64,000 nucleotides of DNA from the NCBI GenBank assembly GCA_019828565.1, contig JAHDYR010000009.1, positions 248,001-312,000 on the forward strand, written 5' to 3'. Each line of letters opens with the position of its first letter. The stretch's first letter is position 1. The notes below the pieces were generated by a model, which saw only the letters and a program-made list of their open reading frames with translations, had not been told where the DNA came from and ran no database searches. Source of the DNA: Carpediemonas membranifera BICM. Taxonomy: Eukaryota; Protista; Fornicata. Positions 11,606 through 21,898 of the stretch are shown piece after piece. A program made the position numbers and the translations under genes.

Positions 11606-12670
11606 ATGGAACTCGGCAAACACGTGAATATGTGCTCCAGCGATGGGCAGAAGCGGCAATTCCCGGTGATAGAGGAGCTTTCCGAGGATGATGACGTGCC
11701 TGTCGTCTATCCTGAGCCCATTTGGGAGCCAGACGTCGAAATGAACGACATGACCATCATCCCGGCTGATGAGGACACGACAGTGATCAGAGAACATGCG
11801 AGAAGCACTGCTAAGCCTCAGGATTCGATGATCACCCGTATTTCGAAGGTTCAGTCGACTTCTTTCATCAAACTCGGTCTCGTGCTCGGCCAGGCCTTCA
11901 AGGACGCAGGCAAGGTCCTCCAGGACTCTATACAGAAGCAGCAGGACATCCTCATTGAGAGTGGCATCAAGCTGAACATCAAGGTGCCCGACAAAGTCAA
12001 GAAGCAACTGATGAAGCCTCAAAGCAAGATGATCGTCGGGGCCCAGCGCGGGGATGTGGCGATAGACACCATAGCAGAGATGCTCGCCCTGATCGGGACC
12101 GAGATGATCCGGCGGCAGAGTAGGGTCTCATCAACAATCCACCAAGTGCCTGTGGTGTGTCAGGCCTATGACGTGGGCATGTCCTATCTGAGGGGGTTCG
12201 CCTCGTTCTACGGCATGCTCGCGCACGTGGGCATGTCCGCTGTGGACGCTGCGGAAGAGACTGTTGTTGAGACAATCAGGGCGACCGTCAATACCGCATC
12301 ACACATGTTTGGTGACGATATCGGTGAGATCGCCGAGGAGACCACAATGATGCTTGTCAACACGTACATGATGACAACATCGGTCCGCACCGTCCTCGAG
12401 AGCAAGCGGATCATGGAGCGACTTGTGAACCAGACGGTCGCACGGAGCGCGGCAAACATCGGCGAGGCAGCCATCAATGAGGCCATCGCTAACGTCATGA
12501 GCAAGGCCCTCGGCGCTGATGGGCCGAACCCCGAAGCTGGACAAGAGGTCAACTCGCTGATTCGGAATATTGCCGCCATGCTGGCGGGCACGTCAATGGA
12601 GACTGGCGAAGACCTCCCTGATGCGGATACTGAGGGCCTTCTTTCAGTGACATTCGACGATGTAGAGTGA
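11606..12670 (+). CDS. senescence/spartin-like domain protein (tentative)
   Basis: Helical protein; ...NTASHMFGDDIGEIAEET resembles the senescence-domain C-terminus. Confidence 0.5.
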   Translation: MELGKHVNMCSSDGQKRQFPVIEELSEDDDVPVVYPEPIWEPDVEMNDMTIIPADEDTTVIREHARSTAKPQDSMITRISKVQSTSFIKLGLVLGQAFKDAGKVLQDSIQKQQDILIESGIKLNIKVPDKVKKQLMKPQSKMIVGAQRGDVAIDTIAEMLALIGTEMIRRQSRVSSTIHQVPVVCQAYDVGMSYLRGFASFYGMLAHVGMSAVDAAEETVVETIRATVNTASHMFGDDIGEIAEETTMMLVNTYMMTTSVRTVLESKRIMERLVNQTVARSAANIGEAAINEAIANVMSKALGADGPNPEAGQEVNSLIRNIAAMLAGTSMETGEDLPDADTEGLLSVTFDDVE

Positions 12671-12770
12671 GTAAAGTTTTATTTTACGGATGATATGAAA
12701 AGATTTGACCGTGTCAATATCTTGACTGCGATCCGGGTCGTGCGCGCATTTGTGATCTCGTTTAGCGTCT

Positions 12771-13631
12771 ATGAGCTGCATGCCAACGGAAAGAACCTCG
12801 AGAAGAGCACCTATGGTGCTTGAAACTGCGGAAGAAGGTTCAATGGCTGAACTGGTGTCGACATCGGAGTATTTCGACGTCAACATGGAGCTCATCCGTC
12901 GTAGGGAGGTGGAGATCAGCATAATCACGAAAAGAGACTATCTAAGTATCGTACACAAGAACTATATCAGCCAACATCACCGTTCGGAGGCTGTCAGCTT
13001 CGTAATCGATATTGCGAGAACCCTTGGCCTTCAGTGCCCTGCCATTGAGAGGGCGATACGACTGTTCGACATCGCCCTAGCCTCTACCGCATGCCGCAGG
13101 GACTCGCTGCAGCTGATGGCGTCGGCCTGCGTGTCGATTGCGGCTAAACTGGACTCGGACCTCTCCCCCGCCAAAACCCTCGTCAAGCTGCAGGATAACG
13201 CGTTCACCACGGACAAGCTGAGACTAGCCGAGCAGGTGGTGCTCGACCACGTCCACTGGGAGGCCGCTGTCCCGACAGCCCACCGGTCCATGGCCCTCGT
13301 GCTGGGTCGGGCTGCCGTGGGTCTGGGGCTAAGCCTAGGGCAGACGTATGAGATTTATACTACTGCCTCGACCCTGATCATGTCAGCTCTGGGACAGTAC
13401 GCCATGTCGAGGATTGAGCCCACCACTCTTGCCGTTGCAGTCGTGAATTGTGCGGCAAAGCTCTTCGACGTTGAGGCCGCCTCTGTGCTTGTCTCACTCC
13501 GTGATCGCGGAGTCGACCTGGCGACTGCAGACAAGTGTGCTGCCGCTCTCTTCCCTGCGCTGACTAGATCAGCAAGGCCCACTCCTCAGACAACTCCTAA
13601 GGACGCGAGGGCAACCATGCTGATGCACTAG
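12771..13631 (+). CDS. cyclin
   Basis: Cyclin box RSEAVSFV...AIRLFD...LQLMASACVSIAAK...AEQVVL. Confidence 0.88.
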   Translation: MSCMPTERTSRRAPMVLETAEEGSMAELVSTSEYFDVNMELIRRREVEISIITKRDYLSIVHKNYISQHHRSEAVSFVIDIARTLGLQCPAIERAIRLFDIALASTACRRDSLQLMASACVSIAAKLDSDLSPAKTLVKLQDNAFTTDKLRLAEQVVLDHVHWEAAVPTAHRSMALVLGRAAVGLGLSLGQTYEIYTTASTLIMSALGQYAMSRIEPTTLAVAVVNCAAKLFDVEAASVLVSLRDRGVDLATADKCAAALFPALTRSARPTPQTTPKDARATMLMH

Positions 13632-13997
13632 ACCCAGTTGATGGAACTGGGGCCGGCTGGCGAAAGCTCGACCTGTACTATTAAACCGGATAGTTAACTT
13701 GCAAGCGAATGCCGATGATGGCAGGCATGCCTGAGCGGGAGCAAGTATAGCATGCTTGTTGATAGTGTTGACCAGGATTACTCTGTGTCTGCGGCTTGTC
13801 CCATAATCGTCGGCCGGCCGGTAACGGAATCGGAAAACAGCCCTCGGAGGCGCCTAGAATTTTGCTCTTTTGCTCATTGTTTCGAGGCATGACAGAGGAT
13901 GGCGGACTGGGGCACTGGGGGTTTTCACGCTCTGATTACAGTGTCATCATTCTCTGCTAAAACTGCGCGATCCTGCCTCAGAGACGATCAGACACAA

Positions 13998-14469
13998 ATG
14001 AGCGGGAACAGATCCATCACAGTCTCTGCGAAGGCAAATCAGAATACTCTTTTCATTAGGAACAAGTCCTCGTGGCTGTTTTACCTGCTAGCTTTGGTTG
14101 GGGCCTACGGTATGCTCATTTCTTCAGTTTTATACAGGAATCCTGTCCCTCTTCCATCCAGTGCTCGATACACACCAGATCTGGACAATCCTCCACATCG
14201 GCCATGCTGTAGTGACCTTCATCTTCTTCCACTGGATCAAGGGCTCCCCGATTGATGACGAGCAGGGCAAGATCTCAGACCAGACCTGGTGGGAACAACT
14301 GGCCCACAGCGGTGCCCGGGCCACGCCCAAGTTCCTCATCGTGATACCGACGGTGCTGTACATGCTGACGAACTTGGCCACACACGACCATGCCGGCCTT
14401 GTTGTACCCAACCTCCTATGCTACCTGATCCTGATGATCCCCAAACTCCACAGGCCCCGCAAGCACTGA
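13998..14469 (+). CDS. ORMDL: ORMDL family protein
   Basis: join(13998..14109,14138..14469) with a 28-nt intron. FFHWIKGSP, TWWEQL, KFLIVIPTVLY, IPKL. Confidence 0.9.
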
Positions 14470-14649
14470 GGGCCGTGTTTTAAGCTTTTAAAGATGTGAA
14501 TAGCCTTTGTCGGTTGTCGATTCGAGAGTTGGATTAAAATCCACACTGCCTCAGCTGGTTGCTCATTGGCGTCACAGTCACAGCCTCCGTATCGTCATCA
14601 GAAGCAAGCCCTTGCAGTCTGTCCGACTCCTCGACTCGCCAGTGATAAG

Positions 14650-16260
14650 ATGGCGATCAATAAGCGTGGTCCGATCGGTGTGCGGTTCAATAGGCCGACC
14701 AGAAGAGCCGATGAGCGTGTTTCGCACCTCACCAAGCTTCTTGATCCGAAGAAGGCAAAGGTTGCGATGTACCTCGACGTCGGCTGCGATAAGGGCGAAA
14801 TAACCGAAACTGTGGCCTGGAACTTCGACGTGAAAGAAGCACATGGCGCCGATGTCTTCCCTCTGCACAAATTCCGCGGCTCCCGCAAGATCCACTATCA
14901 TGAGGTGCGAGACAACGCCTTTACGGACCTCCCCGACGACTGCATGGACCTCATCACCTGTTTCCAGTGCATCCACCACTTCGCTGACCTCCACGCGATG
15001 CTTGCCGAGATCATCCGTGTGCTAAAGCCCGGAGGACACCTCTTTCTCCGCGAACACGACGCACCCGAGGATGCCACAGACGTCCGCAAGTACGTTGACG
15101 AGCAACACGCCAAGTACGACGACGGCATAGGCCTCCCGTGCAGCTACACCGGCCGCCAAGAGCTGGCCGACCTCCTCGCCACCCGGTACCATCTGACACA
15201 CCTGACTGACTCAGTTTACGGGGGCCGGAACCCCAACGCGATATACCACTCCCTGTTCTGCAAGTTCACACCCACTGTGCCCACGTACGACGAGGTCCGG
15301 GCCTCAGCCCTGGCCCTGCCCGCTACGGCCAGGAGAACGCCGCAGCACCCGACGGCGGTGGTGTTCCTGTTGATGGGAACCAACCCTAAGTATGCAGCTG
15401 GTGTGCTGGCGGCCGGGTGGTCAGTCAAGCAGCACTGGACGACCCCACACGACCTCGTACTGATGGCCACACCGGACGTGCCCACTTCTGTCCTCGAGGA
15501 CCTGTCCGCCGTGTTCAGGGTCGTGCCAGTGCCGTACTGGACTGTGCTGGCTACAGTGCGATGGAAGGGGTACGCCAACCTTTACGACGGATGGCTCTCG
15601 AAGGTCCTGACGAAGCTCAACATACTCACCCTCGAGGAGTACGAGAAGGTGCTCTTCCTCGACGGGGACACTGTTGCTGTGGGCCCAGTCGACCCACTGT
15701 TCGACCTCGAGGCCCCTGCCGGCACCCTCAGCGTCCCGTTCGACAAGGAGGAGGGACAGCTGCCACACGGAGCTCCAATTACCACCGAGGCGCTGGAGCT
15801 CAGCCTCAAGAGATCCGACTGCTACGGTATCTGTGGCAGTGCGATGATCCTCAAGCCGTCACGCGAGCACTTTAACGCCTTTAGAACCAGAGTGCTCCAG
15901 ACACGCTGGCGTACCTCTGACTGCAACGCCGGGCCGGATGAAGAGCTTATGTCGCGTCACTACATGGGTGAGTGGACCCACATCGGCCGCCAGTACAACT
16001 GTCAGTCATGGAAGCAGAACGAAGTCAAGACCAAGACCGGAGCCGACCCGGTAATCCTGCACTACGTGGCCTGCAAGCCATGGACGGACAAGGTGTGGCC
16101 GGACTTCAAGCCGTGGTATGAGAGCCTGCACCATGCGGTCTCGACCCATGGACAGCTCAGAAGTATGGCGGTGAAGGCGGTGGGGCCGAGGAACGCGAGG
16201 CTGGTCACTGAGTTTGATACGGCTAGCAGACATGGGGCGTTTGGGGGCAGCAGCTGGTGA
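14650..16260 (+). CDS. class I SAM methyltransferase fused to a GT8 (glycogenin/P13-like) glycosyltransferase
   Basis: YLDVGCDKG and RVLKPGGHLFLREHD; then TKLNILTLEEYEKVLFLDGD, PDEELM, ILHYVACKPW. Confidence 0.85.
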   Translation: MAINKRGPIGVRFNRPTRRADERVSHLTKLLDPKKAKVAMYLDVGCDKGEITETVAWNFDVKEAHGADVFPLHKFRGSRKIHYHEVRDNAFTDLPDDCMDLITCFQCIHHFADLHAMLAEIIRVLKPGGHLFLREHDAPEDATDVRKYVDEQHAKYDDGIGLPCSYTGRQELADLLATRYHLTHLTDSVYGGRNPNAIYHSLFCKFTPTVPTYDEVRASALALPATARRTPQHPTAVVFLLMGTNPKYAAGVLAAGWSVKQHWTTPHDLVLMATPDVPTSVLEDLSAVFRVVPVPYWTVLATVRWKGYANLYDGWLSKVLTKLNILTLEEYEKVLFLDGDTVAVGPVDPLFDLEAPAGTLSVPFDKEEGQLPHGAPITTEALELSLKRSDCYGICGSAMILKPSREHFNAFRTRVLQTRWRTSDCNAGPDEELMSRHYMGEWTHIGRQYNCQSWKQNEVKTKTGADPVILHYVACKPWTDKVWPDFKPWYESLHHAVSTHGQLRSMAVKAVGPRNARLVTEFDTASRHGAFGGSSW

Positions 16261-16597
16261 GGGTGTGCCGGGTATAAATAGCGTTCGTCTGTTTGTGGAT
16301 GTCCGGGGCACGACTTGACAAGCACTGGGGTGTGGCAACTGAGGTGTGCATGCAGTGATAGACATTGGCGGGAATAGATGGGTTGTCATTGACTCGTGAG
16401 GACTTAGAAGCCGGTCGACCCACTCAAGTGTTGTGGACTACGGAACACGGCGCCCATAGAGGTAAGATCAAACGGCTTTACCGGGCTAGTTTTCCTGTGT
16501 AAAATCATGTCGGGTCAAGGGTGATCCGATTTGGCACCCGGGCCTCGCCGTTTTTGGCGACAGCATCAACCACTCCTGAAGATCCGCCAACAGACGC

Positions 16598-17236
16598 ATG
16601 AATGTGCCTCTTGCACTAGCGATTGGATTTATAGTGCTAATAGGAGTGGAGCTAGCCATTTTCTTGGTCATGGCGGCGTCCTGCCAGGCCAGTCTTCTTG
16701 TTCTCGTCTCTCTGATCCTAGCGCGGAGGATATCGGCCCGGAAGGAGAAGCGTCGCGCAGCAAAGCATAATGCAATGAGCGCATCGCCGCCACCGTCAAT
16801 TCAAACCGGCCTGGTGATGGACGAGGTGCCGACGTTCGTCCAGCAGACCGTCCCGGCCAAAGCAGCCGCTTCCAGTCATGGAGACTCGTCCAGCGACGCC
16901 CTGCTCGACGCAGACGACTCGGACGCGCTGTGCTCAGCCTCATCATCTTCGGAGAACGACAGCCCGACGATCACGATCACCTACGACTCACATCCTTCTC
17001 CCGCGACGCCGCAAATAGATCCGCGGAACCTAGTTCCGCCGACGAGCATGCGCAAGCAGCCCGCCGGCAGACGGGCGAAGTCTCTGAAGACCGAGGCCAG
17101 GCCTGGGCCAGTTCGGACTTCGCCGCAGCGAGAGGCGCCGCCGGCCTCGCTGACGTCCCCAACGTCGCCGCCGGGTATGAATCTTGTGCGGCAGCAGTCG
17201 TTTGGGGGCTTCAACATCGCCGATTGGGGCCGCTAG
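16598..17236 (+). CDS. hypothetical protein with N-terminal transmembrane segments
   Basis: Hydrophobic N-terminus and S/P-rich tail; the stop codon lies inside repeat copy 2. Confidence 0.6.
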   Translation: MNVPLALAIGFIVLIGVELAIFLVMAASCQASLLVLVSLILARRISARKEKRRAAKHNAMSASPPPSIQTGLVMDEVPTFVQQTVPAKAAASSHGDSSSDALLDADDSDALCSASSSSENDSPTITITYDSHPSPATPQIDPRNLVPPTSMRKQPAGRRAKSLKTEARPGPVRTSPQREAPPASLTSPTSPPGMNLVRQQSFGGFNIADWGR

Positions 17237-18267
17237 GTCCGTGCCCGATCGCTTTCAGCTTCGAATGGGACGGCATTTATTGAGCCTGAGAACACAACCC
17301 CGGCGAGTATTACGTAAACATAGGTAGGCCGGCCGCTGTGCGAGTCGCGGGCGGCGCGTGGGACCTCGAATCGAATGTGCAGTTTAGCCGGATCCAGAGC
17401 ACCCAACGAAAATGTGTCCGCAAAGCCGCGCCAGCCGCCTCGCTCGGCCCACTCGCGTCGCCTCGCGCGCATTTCTGCGACTGTGTCGCGGACCGATTTA
17501 ACGAAGGTGTCGTCGTTCGAGTGATCCACGCCATTTTGAACGATGGAATAATTTTTTTCGAACAACACGTTCAAGCGCCCGCCGATGTCCACAAAGTCGA
17601 AGACGAAGCACCTCGAAGCTATCCTGTTCTGGCAGGAACATGGGCCAAAGCACGTTCCCATCGAGACGAACCTGCAGCGCTACGTGCGCGACACTACGAA
17701 GGCAAACTTCGTCAGAAAGGTCGTTTTGCTCGTCCACGACGTCCAGGTTTCCTGCGGAAGGAAGCCTGCCACCGAGTGCTCGATGATCACCCCGGTTCCC
17801 CCGGCCACGACCGAGAACAAGGCGTTTGTCCTTTCCCCTGCGCCTCACACAGCCCCTCCCGCAACCACATTCAGATCGACATCAGCAACGTCGCCTACCA
17901 GATCCGCCGCAAGCACATCGCCTCGGCCTCCGACTTCTTCACCCAGTTTCTCTTCGAACTCGGGCTCTGCCCCCAGCTCATCGCCATGCGCGAGCTGACC
18001 GAGGATCTGGCGACCGAGTCTGTCGGCCGGCAGTGTCTGTGCAGCACGGTCTACCCAGAGGACGACCAGATGTGAGCGCGCCGCCGCTATTTTCCTTTCT
18101 AAACGATCTTTCGCCACAACGTGAATAAGCGAGTGCCCCAGAAGCAGTCCTCTTCTTCTGGCTGGGCCGGAATAGCCTGCATCAACTCGCGCGCAGTTTA
18201 GCCGTTGCGATGAGCGACTTCGAGGTGAAACAGACGGAATTGACGACCAGGCGTGTGATTGTTTACA
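17220..18267 (+). repeat. direct repeat copy 2 (of 6028-7075)
   Basis: See copy 1. Ends inside a duplicated 5' fragment of the Ubl gene. Confidence 0.97.
17585..18075 (+). CDS. hypothetical protein (duplicate of 6393-6883)
   Basis: join(17585..17823,17853..18075); identical to copy 1. Confidence 0.65.
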
Positions 18268-18427
18268 TTAAACATGTACCATTTGCACTGCAGACAGGCT
18301 CAGCCCACCGCTACCGCACAAGTCGCTTTCTTGAGCTGCGTGACCGCACAGTCAACTGGTTCTAGCGCCCCTAGACTGCTGCCACCCCCCGGACACGAGA
18401 GAATCCAGGGTCATCTTGCCAAGGCGT

Positions 18428-18620
18428 TGTTGCGCAGGATAAACACATTGTTCGACCCTTCGATAGCACAAGCCTCTGTGCTGCGCAGGATTAGAATTGT
18501 TGAGTCCAAAACACACAGTGATCCGAGCAGCATCAGGATCGCAGTGTGGTTCATCATACTCTATCAATCGTGCGCTGCATATCACGCGCGCTGCAGCGCG
18601 TGCTTGCTCAACTTAGCAAG
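18428..18620 (-). ncRNA. candidate Fanzor omegaRNA scaffold, copy A
   Basis: Directly after the Fanzor stop. Hairpins cttgct-aagttg-agcaag, gatcc..ggatc and agcaca-gaggct-tgtgct. Ends in tcgaacaatgtgtttatcctgcgcaaca, shared with copy B. Confidence 0.7.
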
Positions 18621-19892
18621 TTAATGATAGCGAGGAAGAGCACCTCTCTGGGAGTCGTAGTGGAAAGGAGATTGCTCTATCTGATCTGAAGTTGCATCGA
18701 AGGTGCACCAAAGGATGTTCTCGCTGGCGCTCTTATCTCGGTGAGAGAGATTGAGAAGAATGACTCTCTGCTCGGGATGCCGACGTAGCCGTTCAACGCG
18801 CCATGGAGCTCCCTCGCACGCGGGATTCTGGCAGAGCATGGTGCGGTGTGTGTGCACCACGCGTCTGAAGTGTGCTTTGCAGTATGGGCACACGATGGAA
18901 GTGCGTAATTCGGAGACCATCGTGACACTCACGACGACGTTGTGCCGGAGCATGATGCCAGGGAGAGCTCGAGCAAAGTGGCGGTACGGTGCACAGGAGG
19001 GAGTGCCGGCGGAACCGAACAGTGCAGCCCCATACACGACTTCGAGATGAATGGGCTCCGGGGGGCGCCCCCCGAGATCATCAAGGAGTTGACGTCCAGC
19101 CCGGGCGAAGTGCTTCAGGCGCAGACAGTGATTGGCAAAAGTCGCACGGCGGAAACACTTTCTCGTCCCCTCGTTGATGATCTGAACGGTGTTCTCATGG
19201 ACAAACCTAATCGACTGTTTGAGAGCCTCTAGACTTGTCGTTTTGAACGATGCTGCGCTCATATTCATGCGGAAAGAGAGGGTGGCAGTGTAGCCACACT
19301 TAGCGAGTACGCCAGATACACTCTGCCCGTCTGGGCGGCGGATTGTGTAGCCGCCCAGCGACCGAGCACCAGGGTCGAAGCCCATGAGAGCTTGAATGTC
19401 CGGGGCAGGAGTAGCTTCGGCGTCATCCTGACCGAGCCGAGTCCGCTTGTTGCTGCTACCCTTTTTGTACGTGGGCCGGTCAGCCACCCGACCGCCACGG
19501 TATTTCTCGCGACCCACCCAAACCGTCACAGCAACAGAGACCCCGTCTGTCTTCACATAGAGCACTCTGCGGAGCTTGGTGATGTCGCCGTGATCACGCT
19601 CGTATTCAGCCACCTGCTCGTCGGTCAAATTCTTGGTTGCTGACCAATTCACGTGCACACGCAGGCGCCGCTTCATCGCTGGGGTGAGCGACATATAACC
19701 GTACTCGAGGGTCATGCTGGAGCGAGAACCAAGATCCCGCCCAGAACCGTCGCTCTTACCATCGCCGACGCCCTCATGTCCGCTACCCTTCTGGTGTACG
19801 ACAGGTGGGCCGTCAGACTGAACCTGTTCAGTCCTCTGGAGTTCATCCCAGGGGGGTCGACAGCTTAAGTCACCTTTACATGAATCCTCCAC
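18621..19892 (-). mobile_element. Fanzor1-like RuvC nuclease, 5'-truncated (homology begins near 19715)
   Basis: KTDGVSV; RuvC-I GFDPG; VVYG at the usual RuvC-II position; SELRTSIVCPYC; CQNPAC; RuvC-III HRDKSASENI. GTG start and no N-terminal REC-like part. Confidence 0.88.
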
Positions 19893-19950
19893 ATAAACAA
19901 AATCGCATTAACCTGCGATTTTTTGATTCTCCAAAGAAGAACAGTGTGAA

Positions 19951-21705
19951 ATGAGCGAGGACGAGCACGTTTTCGAAAGCACGCTGCTCACACTTTTTTC
20001 CGCGTGTATTATTGTTCTTTGCTTCATCGTATACTTCCTAGAGACGTTCAAGCTTCATTTTATCCCCGAAAGCATAGTAACGATCGGTCTTGGAGCGCTA
20101 TTGAGCGGTGTCATGAAGCTCTCAACAAGTGCTGGTGTGCACTCGGAAGGCTCATCTTATTTTGACGCGCTTCACTTCAACTCTGAGCTCTTCTTCCTCA
20201 TCCTGCTCCCTCCCATCATGTTCGAGGGCGGATACAGCTTGGATAAGGTCCACTTCTTCCGAAACATTGTCAGCATCATCGTCTTTGCTGTTTTCGGAAC
20301 CATCATCTCGACATTCATTGTCGGTGTCGGCCTCGCTCTCCTCGGCCATTTCGGCATCATCACTGGCGTGAGCTTCATCGACAACATGATCTACGGTGCC
20401 CTTATCAGTGCAGTCGACCCCGTAGCAACCTTGGCGATCTTCAACGCCCTCCACGTGTCCCCCATGCTCCACATGATGGTCTTTGGCGAATCCGTCCTCA
20501 ACGACGCCGTTTCCATCGTCCTGTTCCGCACGTTCACCAACTTCAAGTCCACGCCGTTCTCTGCGGCCGTCCTAGTCCTTGCAATGGGCCAGTTCCTCAT
20601 CATCTCGGTTGGCTCCGTCCTCCTCGGCACCGTGGTCGGGCTGGCCAACGCTTTCCTGTTCCGAGTGCTCGACTTCAGCCACCGCCCGATACTCGAGGTC
20701 GTGTTGGTCATATCTATCGCCTACATGTCGTACTTTATCAGCGAGGCACTCGACCTCAGCGGCATCATGACTATTTTGATGATCTCCATCATTGCCAATC
20801 ATTACACTTCGTACTCCATGTCTGATTCATCCAAGAAGACTCTGGCCGAGGTTTCCCAGGCGCTGTCTTTCGTCTGCGAGAGCGCTGTCTTCGCCTACCT
20901 CGGAGCGTCTGTCTTTGCATTCGAGCATACCTTCAGCATCACCTATGTCGTCGCCACAATCGCTCTGTGCATGATCGGCCGTGCAGCCAACGTCTTCCCC
21001 CTCACGGCCCTGCTGAACCTCTTCCGCACATATCGCACGCCGCAGAAGTTCCAGTTCATCCAGTTCTGGTCGGGGCTCAGAGGCGCGGTGGCGTTCGCCC
21101 TCGTACTTTCAATCACTGGGTCAAGTGCCAACATGCTAGTGACTACCACTCTTACCGTGGTGCTGTTCACGGTCATCATCTTTGGCGGATCAACTCTCCC
21201 CATGCTCAAGGTCCTTAAAGTGCACGATGTTAAGACCGAGCCCAAGGAGAAGCTATATGAGACGATACTACGGTCGAACAAGCGTGTCTCCGCCTACCTG
21301 GCCCGCCTTGGTCTTCTTTCCCAGCAATCCCTCATGCGGAACGCCGCCAGCGGGGTCCAGCCTGACGAGTTCAAGTCCAGCTTCGAGACGTTCGATGAGC
21401 GGTACATGCAGCCTCTCTTTCGGAAGTCGACACCCCTCGGCCCGGCCCTGTCTGCCATTGTCAACCGTATGGCGCGGCGCCGTCTCCAAGCTGCACCAAG
21501 CGTGGCAAAGCGTGGGGTCCCGAGTATCGACGTGGTGGGAGGCGACATCCTTGGCGATGGGGACCAATACGGCCCTATTTCTGGGGAGGGCGGGGCTGTT
21601 GAGCTAGAGGCAGAGGCAGGGGCGAAGTTCATGCCGCACGGGGCACCGCCGCTGATCCAGGAGTCGAGCGGTGACTTTGCGGATATCAAGTTTGATTTGG
21701 AGTAA
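19951..21705 (+). CDS. Na+/H+ exchanger (CPA1, NHE8/NHX-like)
   Basis: FFLILLPPIMFEGGY, ISAVDPVATLAIF, FGESVLNDAVSIVL, WSGLRGAVAFAL. Confidence 0.95.
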   Translation: MSEDEHVFESTLLTLFSACIIVLCFIVYFLETFKLHFIPESIVTIGLGALLSGVMKLSTSAGVHSEGSSYFDALHFNSELFFLILLPPIMFEGGYSLDKVHFFRNIVSIIVFAVFGTIISTFIVGVGLALLGHFGIITGVSFIDNMIYGALISAVDPVATLAIFNALHVSPMLHMMVFGESVLNDAVSIVLFRTFTNFKSTPFSAAVLVLAMGQFLIISVGSVLLGTVVGLANAFLFRVLDFSHRPILEVVLVISIAYMSYFISEALDLSGIMTILMISIIANHYTSYSMSDSSKKTLAEVSQALSFVCESAVFAYLGASVFAFEHTFSITYVVATIALCMIGRAANVFPLTALLNLFRTYRTPQKFQFIQFWSGLRGAVAFALVLSITGSSANMLVTTTLTVVLFTVIIFGGSTLPMLKVLKVHDVKTEPKEKLYETILRSNKRVSAYLARLGLLSQQSLMRNAASGVQPDEFKSSFETFDERYMQPLFRKSTPLGPALSAIVNRMARRRLQAAPSVAKRGVPSIDVVGGDILGDGDQYGPISGEGGAVELEAEAGAKFMPHGAPPLIQESSGDFADIKFDLE

Positions 21706-21898
21706 ATATCAAGTCTTTTGGACGGTGGGGTGGCGGTGGTTCCTTTTGAGTTGAGTCACGGCTGTACCGGGCAGAATATGGTTGAAACTATGAGTCTGCT
21801 GAAAACTATGGATGGCTTTGACTAGTATTGTCACTCTGTGCAGTCCATGTCACGGGTATTTGACGGAATTGCGGTCTCGGAGTCACGGCAAAGTCGTA

